Below the pieces are notes generated by a model. That model was not told the DNA's origin, did not search any database, and worked only from the letters and a program-made list of their open reading frames with translations. The position numbers were made by a program, and so were the translations under genes. Shown in pieces: positions 9,081 through 17,234 of a DNA stretch of 25,702 nucleotides. Origin of the DNA: a candidate division WOR-3 bacterium (GTDB taxonomy: Bacteria; Hydrothermota; Hydrothermia; Hydrothermales; Hydrothermaceae); assembly GCA_039803745.1 (NCBI GenBank), contig JBDRZD010000028.1:1-25702 (forward strand). The letters run 5' to 3'. Position 1 is the stretch's first letter. Every line of letters starts with the position of its first letter.

Positions 9081-10295
9081 TTAGAGAGTCAAAAATATTT
9101 TCAAAATTGAGAAAATTATACCTGATAAAATTGCAGAGACAGGGACAGTAAACATCCATGATAAAATTATATTTCTTATAACACCTAAATTTAAGCTTGC
9201 CATACCCCTTGCAATCCCAATTCCTATAACAGCACCAACAACTGTATGAGTTGTTGAGATTGGTAAACCGAGTTTTGAGAATATCAAAACTGTTGTTGCA
9301 GCAGCAAATTCAGCAGAAAAGCCCCTTGTTGGAGTTATATCAGTTACTTCCTCACCAACAGTTTTAATCACCTTATATCCAAAAAGAGCAGTTCCAACTG
9401 CAAGTCCAAATCCTCCAAAGAATAAAAGCCAGATCGGGATAAAAAATTCTTTTCCTGTTCCTTTCATTACTGAATATATTGCAGCAGCAGGACCTATTGC
9501 ATTTGCTACATCATTTGCACCATGAGCAAATCCCATATATGTAGCTGTTAGGAGTTGTAAGACTCCGAAAAGTTTTTCAACTTTTGAATAAACTCCATTT
9601 TTCTCTTCTCTTTCTTTTAAAAATGACCATGTTATTATATATCCAAAAAAGGCAAAAGAAATAGATATAATTACTGATTGAAAAAATGGCACATTTAATT
9701 TAAGTCCTTTATAAATTGTTGAAAATGTTATTATTATAAATACAAAAGAAGATAAAATTGGTCCATATTTTTTTGCATTTAAAAAAGGGTCTTTTGCATC
9801 AAGAATTAATAATCTCACAAAATTGAAAATAAAAAAGGCAACAATTGCGCCCAAAATTGGAGATATTACCCAGGATAAAAATATCTTTAAAATTTTTAAC
9901 CAGTATACATAACTTATTCCTCCAGCAAATAAACCAAATCCAATAACTGCGCCAACTATTGAATGGGTTGTTGAAATTGGCATCCCCAAGTGGGTTGCAA
10001 TTTGAACCCATAGACCTGCTGAAAATAATGAGGAAAACATTCCGAGAATAAATAAATTTCTGTATTGAACAAAATATTCTATTTTAACAATATCCTTGCC
10101 GATTGTTTGGGTTACATGACCCCCAACAAGTAAAGCACCTATAAGATTTGAAATTGCTGCTATTATAACACCCTTTTTATAATCTATTGCCTTTGAACCA
10201 ACAGAAGTTGCAACTGCATTTGCGGCATCATTTCCTCCTAAAACAAATGCCATATAAACTGCTGCTAAAGATGAAAGGATTATCCAGATAAACAT
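9081..10295 (-). CDS. pit: Inorganic phosphate transporter, PiT family
   Basis: Both PiT signature repeats (GGNDAANAVATSVGS; AHGANDVANAIGP), plus GMPISTTHSIVG and GLPISTTHTVVG. The likely start is ATG at 10295 (MFIWII), 1 nt after the DUF47 stop, rather than 10310. Confidence 0.95.
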   Translation of the reverse strand: MFIWIILSSLAAVYMAFVLGGNDAANAVATSVGSKAIDYKKGVIIAAISNLIGALLVGGHVTQTIGKDIVKIEYFVQYRNLFILGMFSSLFSAGLWVQIATHLGMPISTTHSIVGAVIGFGLFAGGISYVYWLKILKIFLSWVISPILGAIVAFFIFNFVRLLILDAKDPFLNAKKYGPILSSFVFIIITFSTIYKGLKLNVPFFQSVIISISFAFFGYIITWSFLKEREEKNGVYSKVEKLFGVLQLLTATYMGFAHGANDVANAIGPAAAIYSVMKGTGKEFFIPIWLLFFGGFGLAVGTALFGYKVIKTVGEEVTDITPTRGFSAEFAAATTVLIFSKLGLPISTTHTVVGAVIGIGIARGMASLNLGVIRNIILSWMFTVPVSAILSGIIFSILKIFLTL

Positions 10296-10296
10296 T

Positions 10297-10974
10297 TTAA
10301 ACCTTTGCAATCATGAGTCTTATACTTTTCCCCATTGATTCAGCATGATCAGCGAGGGTTGAAAGTTCCTTTATTATGTTCATCCATAATAACATCTCAA
10401 CAAATGAAAGTTTATTTTCAAGAGACAAAATTATTTTTGTAACCTTGCAAGCCTTTTTATCAGCCTTCCATTCCATCTCCTCAAGTAAATCAATGAGTGA
10501 ATGCACCTTTTCTACCTCTTTCTTTGAAAATGAAGATTCAAGAATTAAATCCATCTCTTTAACTATTTCAACAGCCTGTTTTACTGTTTCAAGAACTCTT
10601 TCAAGAAATATATAAAATTCTTCCTTTATCTCCTCTGGCATCCTAATTCTTTTTAGAGTAAGAAGAACTGCTATATCTTCAACCTTATCAGGAATCTCAT
10701 CCTGCTCATGAATTAATGATAAAAAATCTGTTCTTGCAAAGGGAAGAAAAAGTGTTTTTGGTAAATGGTCCCTTATCTCATCTTTTATTTTATCACATTC
10801 ATGTTCAAGTTTATATATCTTTTCAGCAGTCTCTTCAATTTTTTCATAATCCCCCTCTGAAAGGTAATCAAAAAGTGGTTTCAAAAAAGACAAAGTTTCA
10901 AGAGATTTTTCCATATGAAATCTTAATGGTTTAAAAGGAGATTTTTTAAATAATTTTAATATTGGTATTTTCAT
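10297..10974 (-). CDS. DUF47 / TIGR00153 phosphate transport regulator (PhoU-like)
   Basis: KSPFKPLRFH, LEHECDKIKDEIRDHLPKTLFLPFARTD, EWKAD, LADHAE motifs. Canonical DUF47-pit pairing. GGAGGTAA SD. Confidence 0.92.
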   Translation of the reverse strand: MKIPILKLFKKSPFKPLRFHMEKSLETLSFLKPLFDYLSEGDYEKIEETAEKIYKLEHECDKIKDEIRDHLPKTLFLPFARTDFLSLIHEQDEIPDKVEDIAVLLTLKRIRMPEEIKEEFYIFLERVLETVKQAVEIVKEMDLILESSFSKKEVEKVHSLIDLLEEMEWKADKKACKVTKIILSLENKLSFVEMLLWMNIIKELSTLADHAESMGKSIRLMIAKV

Positions 10975-10976
10975 CT

Positions 10977-11693
10977 TTACCTCCCCTTTAAAAATCTTAA
11001 AAAGAAAAGTTTTATAACAAGAAAAAAGGCCTCAAATATTATCTTTTTTGACATCTTTGAAATACCAACCCTTCTTTCAATAAAAATTATTGGATATTCT
11101 TTTATTCTGTATCCCAGTTTTTTAGCATAAAATGTTGTTTCTATTTGGAATCCATAACCTTCTGCATCTATTTTTTCCCATGGAAGATTTTCTAAAACTT
11201 CCCTTTTCCATACTTTAAATCCACCTGTTAAATCCCTTACAGGAACACCTGTTAATATTCTTGCATAAACATTGGCAAAATATGAAAGTAAAAGCCTTTT
11301 AATCGGCCAATTTACCACGCTTACTCCATTTAAATATCTTGAACCTATTATTAAATCATATCCCTTTTCTATTTCCTTTATGAATTCAGGAAGAACTTCT
11401 GGTGAATGGGAAAAATCTGCATCCATCTGAATAATTATATCATAATTTTTTTCTATTCCCCATTTAAAACCTGTCTTATATGCCTTTCCAAGTCCTTCTT
11501 TTTTTTCCTTCAAAATTAAATTAACCCTTTTATCCTTTTTCATTATTTCCCTTACAATTTCAGAAGTTCCATCAGGTGAATTATCATCAACAATCAAAAT
11601 GTTTGCAGAAGGCAAAAATTTAAATATTTCTTCTATTATCCTTTCAACATTTTCTCTTTCATTATATGTGGGAATTACAATGAGAACTTTCAT
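10977..11693 (-). CDS. Polyprenol monophosphomannose synthase (GT2, Dpm1/Ppm1-like)
   Basis: IPTYNEREN, VDDNSPDGT, GLGKAY, QMDADFSH, GSRY, NWPIKRLLLS, DLTGGFK, GYGFQIE, PIIFIERRVGISKMS. Confidence 0.92.
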   Translation of the reverse strand: MKVLIVIPTYNERENVERIIEEIFKFLPSANILIVDDNSPDGTSEIVREIMKKDKRVNLILKEKKEGLGKAYKTGFKWGIEKNYDIIIQMDADFSHSPEVLPEFIKEIEKGYDLIIGSRYLNGVSVVNWPIKRLLLSYFANVYARILTGVPVRDLTGGFKVWKREVLENLPWEKIDAEGYGFQIETTFYAKKLGYRIKEYPIIFIERRVGISKMSKKIIFEAFFLVIKLFFLRFLKGR

Positions 11694-14600
11694 TTCACAA
11701 TTGAGAATTTAAAGAAGCCTTTCTTTTTACCAAATTCCCATCTCAAAACATATATTCCTGAACCAAAATCACTTAAGTCAATATCAAATTCATTAAATTC
11801 ATTCCCTTTAATAAAAAATTTGTTATTCTTTAATTTTATTCCTGAAAATGTCCAGAATTCCACTTTTAAATAACCTGAATTCTCAAAAAATGCTCTTAAT
11901 GTTGCTCTATTTTGTTTTAAAATTGACGGATATATATAAACTCTTTCCTTTTCTTCTCTTTTTAATGGGGTTAAACGAATTTTGAAAAAGGATGTATTCT
12001 GATTATCGTAGCCTGTTTTAGGAAAAATAATGGAATCTATTTTTAAATTGAATACATGAACCTCACAATATTTTGAAAATCCTGATATTTCATATTTACC
12101 ATCATTATTTATATCAGTTAAAATTGCATTTCCATTATTTGGAATATGTAATGGGAAATAAGGATCCTTTTTAAAATCTTCATAAATTTGAGAGAATTTG
12201 GAAAATTCTGGATAGGAAATTGAAAATTTATTTTTAAAATAAAAGGTTAAAGGAATGCTGTAAGGACTTAAAAATTTATCCCCTTTTATTTTTAATGGAA
12301 ATTCATTTGCATAACTTCCGTTGTGATTTAAAACTATTAAACTATCACCTTTTATAAAACATATTTCAAAATATCCATCTTTATCAAAATCAATTAGTGA
12401 TAAAGAAGAAAAAATCCCTTCTCCAACATTTTTTTCACCTTCAATTTCCCCATTTAAATTTACTATATAAAAATTTCCATCTCCTCTTAAAACCCCTATC
12501 TCATATTCATTATCAGAATCAAAATCTGCAACAAGAGGTAGTGAATTTGTAGAGATTAAACTCGGTGAAAATAAAGGAAATTTCTCCTTTTCCCTCAAAT
12601 TTTTATCTATTAAATGCAAGACACCATTCTCATTTAAAATTACAAGATACTTATCATTTTCCTCTTCTACTATTGCAAGACCTTTTCCAGGGTTTGCTGT
12701 AAAGAAGAGTTTATAAGAAAGATTTAATGGATTTAAAATATAAGTATTTCCATCTTCACAGGAAAATATTATTTCATTGTTTTCTATAAAATTATAAATT
12801 AAAGGGGGTGAAGTTATTTTTGAAAAATAAATTGGGAATCCGGGAAAGATTTGTGGTGAAGGCTTTCTAAGTGAATATACCCTTAAACATCTATCAGTTG
12901 CAAAAACAATTTCATATATCCCATCATTATCAAAATCATAAAAAGAGGGAGGAAACATTATCTCTTCATTCTGTAAATCAATATATGGTGTATTTCCATA
13001 ATTTGTTCCATCATTTTTTAAAACATAAATTTTTCCCCCACTTATAGTATCTCCATAAAATCCATGTGTTAAATTTCCTGTTAAAATAAATTCTCCATTT
13101 CCATCTGAATCTATATCAAGAAAATTTATAAAAGTTTCATTAAAATAATAACCTGAATTTCTAAAGTTTATATCACATAAAACTGGAAAGGGTTTTAAAT
13201 AAATATCCCTTTTATATCTTGCATTCATATATTCACCTGAAGAACTGCCTATCTCAGATATCTCTACAAATGATTTCCCCTTATTCCAGCTTTCTGATGA
13301 AGGACATGTAAATGTTCCAAATCTATCATTATTTCCTTTATAAAATGGGTCAAATTTTGAACCAAACCAAGTATATGGATATTCTGTCCATCTATCAAGA
13401 TCCTGAATGCAATCAGCCTCTTCAATATCAACTCCCTTATGAATATCATTTGAATTCACTTCCCAGTAATAGTTATAAACAATTTCTTCATCAATATGCC
13501 ATATTAAAAAGCCACCTGATGGCAAAACAAAATCGTAATTACCAAAAGGAGAAATTAAAACTCCTCCTTTTTTGAAATATTTTAATGAATCATATAGATT
13601 TATTTTTCTAAACTCACAGAGAAAGTATTCCCTTAAATCAATAGGAATCATTAAAATTCTTGTTCCAAAAACTGTATCAGGTAAATAATTAATTGTGTCA
13701 GAAACATAAGGTGTTGAAGGATAAATCTTTATTATTGAATCAAAACCAGAACCCTCTATTGTATCTATTAAACCATCCAAAAATCCAAAACCCCATAGAG
13801 GATCATAATAGTTCCATGCATCAGGATCAAAATATCTTCTTGGCATAAATCTCATCGTATAATCTATCCAGAGCCTTGTCCATGCACCATAAAAACTTGG
13901 AATTATTCCAGAAATTCTTAAAGTATCACCATCTGGCGTTTTTGCAATTATTTCAGACCATCCACCTGCACCCATCAAATCCCATGCACCAACACCTGTT
14001 GACCTTCCATAAATATCATATAGATCTGTTAAATAAAAGGCATCATGACCAAACTCATGAAATAGAAGACCCTGAAGTTTTGCAAAGAAGCCATCTTGAG
14101 AACCTGTTTCAGGTAATATTATTCCACCAGCAATTGAATCAGATTGATTGTTTAATAAAATATAAGGAGAACCCAAATAATATTCAAGGGCACCCTGAGG
14201 AATTGTAACAGTTGCTATGTCAAAAGGTGTGTCCCAGAATATATCTGTTTGCCATGTGCTTCCTGCATGAAAGATTATTATAACATCCTTTATCCCCTCT
14301 AAATGATCTCTTATTCCATTTTTATTTAAATCATCAAAATTGATACTTGTATCTTGGTCTGCTAAAAAGAGTGCATCCCTAAAAAGTTTAACAAGACCTA
14401 TATCAAAATTGAGAGTATCACCATAATATCTCATTGGATATGGTAAAATATAAAAAGAATCATTTTTATCAGGCTTAACAGTATATTCTATTTTTATCTT
14501 TCCATAGGAGATTGCAGAAATGTATGATTTTAAAGATTCAAGGACATTTTCAAAATATTTTTTATCATGGGGTGGTTCATAAAATAAAGAATTTGTATCA

Positions 14601-14929
14601 CCAATTGAATCAAGATTGCCCTTTAAATTAAACCATCCATTTCCAGTTGTTAATGGATCATCAGGCTCTTCTTTTTTGAAACCAACCCTTATTGCAAGTA
14701 TATGAATTTTTGCAGTATCATTTTGCCTTTTTATCTTTTCATCCTTATAAATTTCCTTAAATTCAAGAATTTTTCTAATTCTGCTTGAATTGAATTTTGA
14801 AATTTTCCTTCTTATCTTTATATCCTTTTTTAATGCGGTTTCAGATTTTTTTGAAGGAAAAGTACTCAAAGGATAGGAAAATAAAACATACGCATTCAAA
14901 ATTAAAAAAAATATTAAAAATTTTTTCAT
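11690..14929 (-). CDS. Secreted M6 (immune inhibitor A-like) metalloprotease with FG-GAP/VCBS-like repeats and a T9SS type-A-like C-terminal domain
   Basis: Signal peptide, IIIFHAG, HEFGH...LTDLYD (14045-14059), WDLMGAGGW Met-turn, GFLIWHIDE, GVDIEEAD. Repeats of D(I/F)DxDGxxEI. C-terminus VYIYP...SGIYVLRW...KFSIVK. Confidence 0.85.
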   Translation of the reverse strand: MKKFLIFFLILNAYVLFSYPLSTFPSKKSETALKKDIKIRRKISKFNSSRIRKILEFKEIYKDEKIKRQNDTAKIHILAIRVGFKKEEPDDPLTTGNGWFNLKGNLDSIGDTNSLFYEPPHDKKYFENVLESLKSYISAISYGKIKIEYTVKPDKNDSFYILPYPMRYYGDTLNFDIGLVKLFRDALFLADQDTSINFDDLNKNGIRDHLEGIKDVIIIFHAGSTWQTDIFWDTPFDIATVTIPQGALEYYLGSPYILLNNQSDSIAGGIILPETGSQDGFFAKLQGLLFHEFGHDAFYLTDLYDIYGRSTGVGAWDLMGAGGWSEIIAKTPDGDTLRISGIIPSFYGAWTRLWIDYTMRFMPRRYFDPDAWNYYDPLWGFGFLDGLIDTIEGSGFDSIIKIYPSTPYVSDTINYLPDTVFGTRILMIPIDLREYFLCEFRKINLYDSLKYFKKGGVLISPFGNYDFVLPSGGFLIWHIDEEIVYNYYWEVNSNDIHKGVDIEEADCIQDLDRWTEYPYTWFGSKFDPFYKGNNDRFGTFTCPSSESWNKGKSFVEISEIGSSSGEYMNARYKRDIYLKPFPVLCDINFRNSGYYFNETFINFLDIDSDGNGEFILTGNLTHGFYGDTISGGKIYVLKNDGTNYGNTPYIDLQNEEIMFPPSFYDFDNDGIYEIVFATDRCLRVYSLRKPSPQIFPGFPIYFSKITSPPLIYNFIENNEIIFSCEDGNTYILNPLNLSYKLFFTANPGKGLAIVEEENDKYLVILNENGVLHLIDKNLREKEKFPLFSPSLISTNSLPLVADFDSDNEYEIGVLRGDGNFYIVNLNGEIEGEKNVGEGIFSSLSLIDFDKDGYFEICFIKGDSLIVLNHNGSYANEFPLKIKGDKFLSPYSIPLTFYFKNKFSISYPEFSKFSQIYEDFKKDPYFPLHIPNNGNAILTDINNDGKYEISGFSKYCEVHVFNLKIDSIIFPKTGYDNQNTSFFKIRLTPLKREEKERVYIYPSILKQNRATLRAFFENSGYLKVEFWTFSGIKLKNNKFFIKGNEFNEFDIDLSDFGSGIYVLRWEFGKKKGFFKFSIVK

Positions 14930-14995
14930 AAAGTTAAAAATTATAATAGTTTGATTTTATAAACTTCAAATAATTATAATTAAATCTTTATGAAA
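14924..14995. promoter_or_regulatory. Dyad-symmetric bidirectional sigma70-type promoter between the M6 protease gene and ugd
   Basis: + strand: TTGATT (14951-56)-N18-TATAAT (14975-80). - strand: TTGAAG (14969-64)-N18-TATAAT (14945-40). Flanking 10-bp perfect inverted repeat TTTCATAAAG/CTTTATGAAA. Confidence 0.7.
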
Positions 14996-16309
14996 GAAAC
15001 AAAAATTGGAGTAATAGGTGTTGGGAGGGTTGGTCTTGTAACAGCAGTTGGTTTTGCTGATAAGGGATTTTATGTATATGGGGTTGATAAGGATTCAAAA
15101 AAGATTGAAAAACTTATTAAAGGTGAACCTCCCTTTTATGAACCCGGTCTTGAAAAAATGCTCAGAAAAAACTTTGAAAAACTTTTTTTTACAAATAATA
15201 TAAAAGAAGCTGTTTCAAAATGTGATGTTCTTTTTATATGTGTTGGAACACCTCAAAGAGAGGATGGCTCTGCAGATTTATCTTATGTTGAAGAAGTTAC
15301 AAGAGAGATTGCAACAAATCTTGAAAAATACACTTTGATTGTTGAAAAATCAACTGTTCCTGTAAATACCTGTGAATGGATTAAAAAAATTATGAGATTG
15401 TATTTAAAAAGAAATGTTCCTTATGATGTTGCCTCAAATCCTGAATTTTTAAGAGAGGGTAAAGCAATTTATGATTTTATGAATCCTGATAGAATTGTAA
15501 TAGGCGTTGAAAGTGAAAGGGCAAAGGAAATCCTTTTGGAAATATATAAGGATTTTGATTGTGAAAAGGTTATTACAGATATTAAAACTGCTGAAATAAT
15601 AAAACATGCATCAAATGCATTCCTTGCAACAAAGATATCCTTCATAAATATGATTTCTGATTTATGTGAAAAAGTTGGTGCTGATATTGATCTTGTTGCT
15701 TATGCAATGGGACTTGATAAAAGAATAGGAAAAGAATTTTTGAAAGCAGGAATAGGTTATGGTGGTTCATGTTTTCCAAAGGATATAAAGGCTTTTAAAA
15801 GAATAGGAGATGAATATAAACTTGATTTTTCCTTACTTGAATGTGTTGATAGAATAAATCTTCAAAGACCTTATAGATTTTTTGAAAAAGTAAAGGAAGC
15901 ATTATGGAGTGTAAAGGATAAAATTTTATGTGTATGGGGACTTTCCTTTAAGCCTGATACTGATGATATAAGGGAAGCACCAAGTATAAAAATAGTAAAA
16001 ATTTTGTATGAAGAAGGTGCAATTTTAAATTTATATGATCCAAAAGCAAATGATGCTTTTAAGGAGATGTTTCCTCCGGATGAAAGAATAAGATATTTTA
16101 ATAACCCTTATGAAGCAGCAAAAAGGGCACATGCAATATTAATATTAACAGAATGGGAAGAATTTAAAAATGTTGATTTTGAAAAATTAAAATCCCTTGT
16201 GGAAATACCAATAATTGTTGATGGAAGAAACATTTTTGAAAAAGAGAAGGTTTGTAAAAAGGGATTTTCTTACTATCCTTTAGGTAAAAAACCATGCGAA
16301 TCCTTATAA
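14990..16309 (+). CDS. ugd: UDP-glucose 6-dehydrogenase
   Basis: GVGRVGL Rossmann, FICVGTP, EKSTVP, SNPEFLREG, AEIIKHASNAFLATKISF, GYGGSCFPKD (catalytic Cys), FKPDTDDIRE, DGRN. Confidence 0.95.
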   Translation: MKETKIGVIGVGRVGLVTAVGFADKGFYVYGVDKDSKKIEKLIKGEPPFYEPGLEKMLRKNFEKLFFTNNIKEAVSKCDVLFICVGTPQREDGSADLSYVEEVTREIATNLEKYTLIVEKSTVPVNTCEWIKKIMRLYLKRNVPYDVASNPEFLREGKAIYDFMNPDRIVIGVESERAKEILLEIYKDFDCEKVITDIKTAEIIKHASNAFLATKISFINMISDLCEKVGADIDLVAYAMGLDKRIGKEFLKAGIGYGGSCFPKDIKAFKRIGDEYKLDFSLLECVDRINLQRPYRFFEKVKEALWSVKDKILCVWGLSFKPDTDDIREAPSIKIVKILYEEGAILNLYDPKANDAFKEMFPPDERIRYFNNPYEAAKRAHAILILTEWEEFKNVDFEKLKSLVEIPIIVDGRNIFEKEKVCKKGFSYYPLGKKPCESL

Positions 16310-17226
16310 CGGGTGTTTGTGGTTTTATAGGCTCGCATCTTGCTGAAAGATTTTTAAGAGAGGGAAATGAAGTTTTTGGAATTGACAATTTTTTAACAGG
16401 AAAAAAAGAAAATTTAGAAATACTTTTAAAATATAAAAATTTTAGTTTTGAAAAAAATAGTGTTGAAAATTTTAAAAAAAATGAAAAATTTGATTTAATA
16501 ATACATCTTGCCTCCTGTGCCTCACCAAAGGACTATTTAAAATATCCTCTTGAAACAATGAGTGCGAATTCAATTGGAACATGGAATTTACTTGAAATTT
16601 CAAAAAAATTAAATGCAAGATTTTTATATGGCTCAACATCAGAGGTTTATGGTGACCCCCTTGAAAATCCACAAAAAGAAGAATATTATGGAAATGTTAA
16701 CCCTGTTGGTGAAAGAAGTGTTTATGATGAATCAAAGAGATTTGGTGAAGCCTTATGTATGGCTTATTATAGAAAATTTAAGCTCGATGTGAGAATAGTA
16801 AGAATATTCAATACTTATGGACCGAGAATGAAAATGGATGATGGAAGGGTTATACCAAATTTTATAACTCAGGCTTTAAGAAATGAAGATTTAACAATAT
16901 ATGGAGATGGAAATCAAACAAGGAGTTTCTGTTATATAGACGACCTTGTTGAAGGGATTTATAGATTTTCATTAAAAGAAAAAGTTAAAGAGAGAATAAT
17001 AAATCTCGGGAATCCAGAGGAAATAAAGATAATTGATGTTGCAGAAATAATTTTGAAATTGATAGGTTCAAATTCGAAGATGAAATTTTATCCTTTGCCA
17101 AAGGATGACCCAAAAAGAAGATGTCCTGATATTGAAAAAGCAAAGATTGAAATTAACTTTGAACCAAGGACAGAGTTAATTGAAGGATTAAAAAAAACAA
17201 TAGAATATTTTAAAAATATTTTATAG
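16294..17226 (+). CDS. uxs: UDP-glucuronic acid decarboxylase (UDP-xylose synthase), extended SDR
   Basis: ITGVCGFIGSHL, DNFLTG, HLASCASP, STSEVYGDP, GNVNPVGERSVYDESKR, RIFNTYGPRM, DDGRVIPNFITQAL, DDPKRRCPDI. Overlaps the ugd end by 16 nt. Confidence 0.9.
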   Translation: MRILITGVCGFIGSHLAERFLREGNEVFGIDNFLTGKKENLEILLKYKNFSFEKNSVENFKKNEKFDLIIHLASCASPKDYLKYPLETMSANSIGTWNLLEISKKLNARFLYGSTSEVYGDPLENPQKEEYYGNVNPVGERSVYDESKRFGEALCMAYYRKFKLDVRIVRIFNTYGPRMKMDDGRVIPNFITQALRNEDLTIYGDGNQTRSFCYIDDLVEGIYRFSLKEKVKERIINLGNPEEIKIIDVAEIILKLIGSNSKMKFYPLPKDDPKRRCPDIEKAKIEINFEPRTELIEGLKKTIEYFKNIL

Positions 17227-17234
17227 GAGGCTTT

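Noticed and set aside
12080..13130. Recurrent D(F/I)DxDGxxEI motifs in the M6 protein as a possible DNA repeat array
   Set aside because: These are degenerate protein-level FG-GAP/VCBS-like repeats with irregular spacing and no nucleotide identity, not CRISPR or tandem repeats.
14900..14926. Poly-A/poly-T runs (7-9 nt) as phase-variation tracts
   Set aside because: Such runs are ubiquitous in this AT-rich sequence and all affected genes are in frame.
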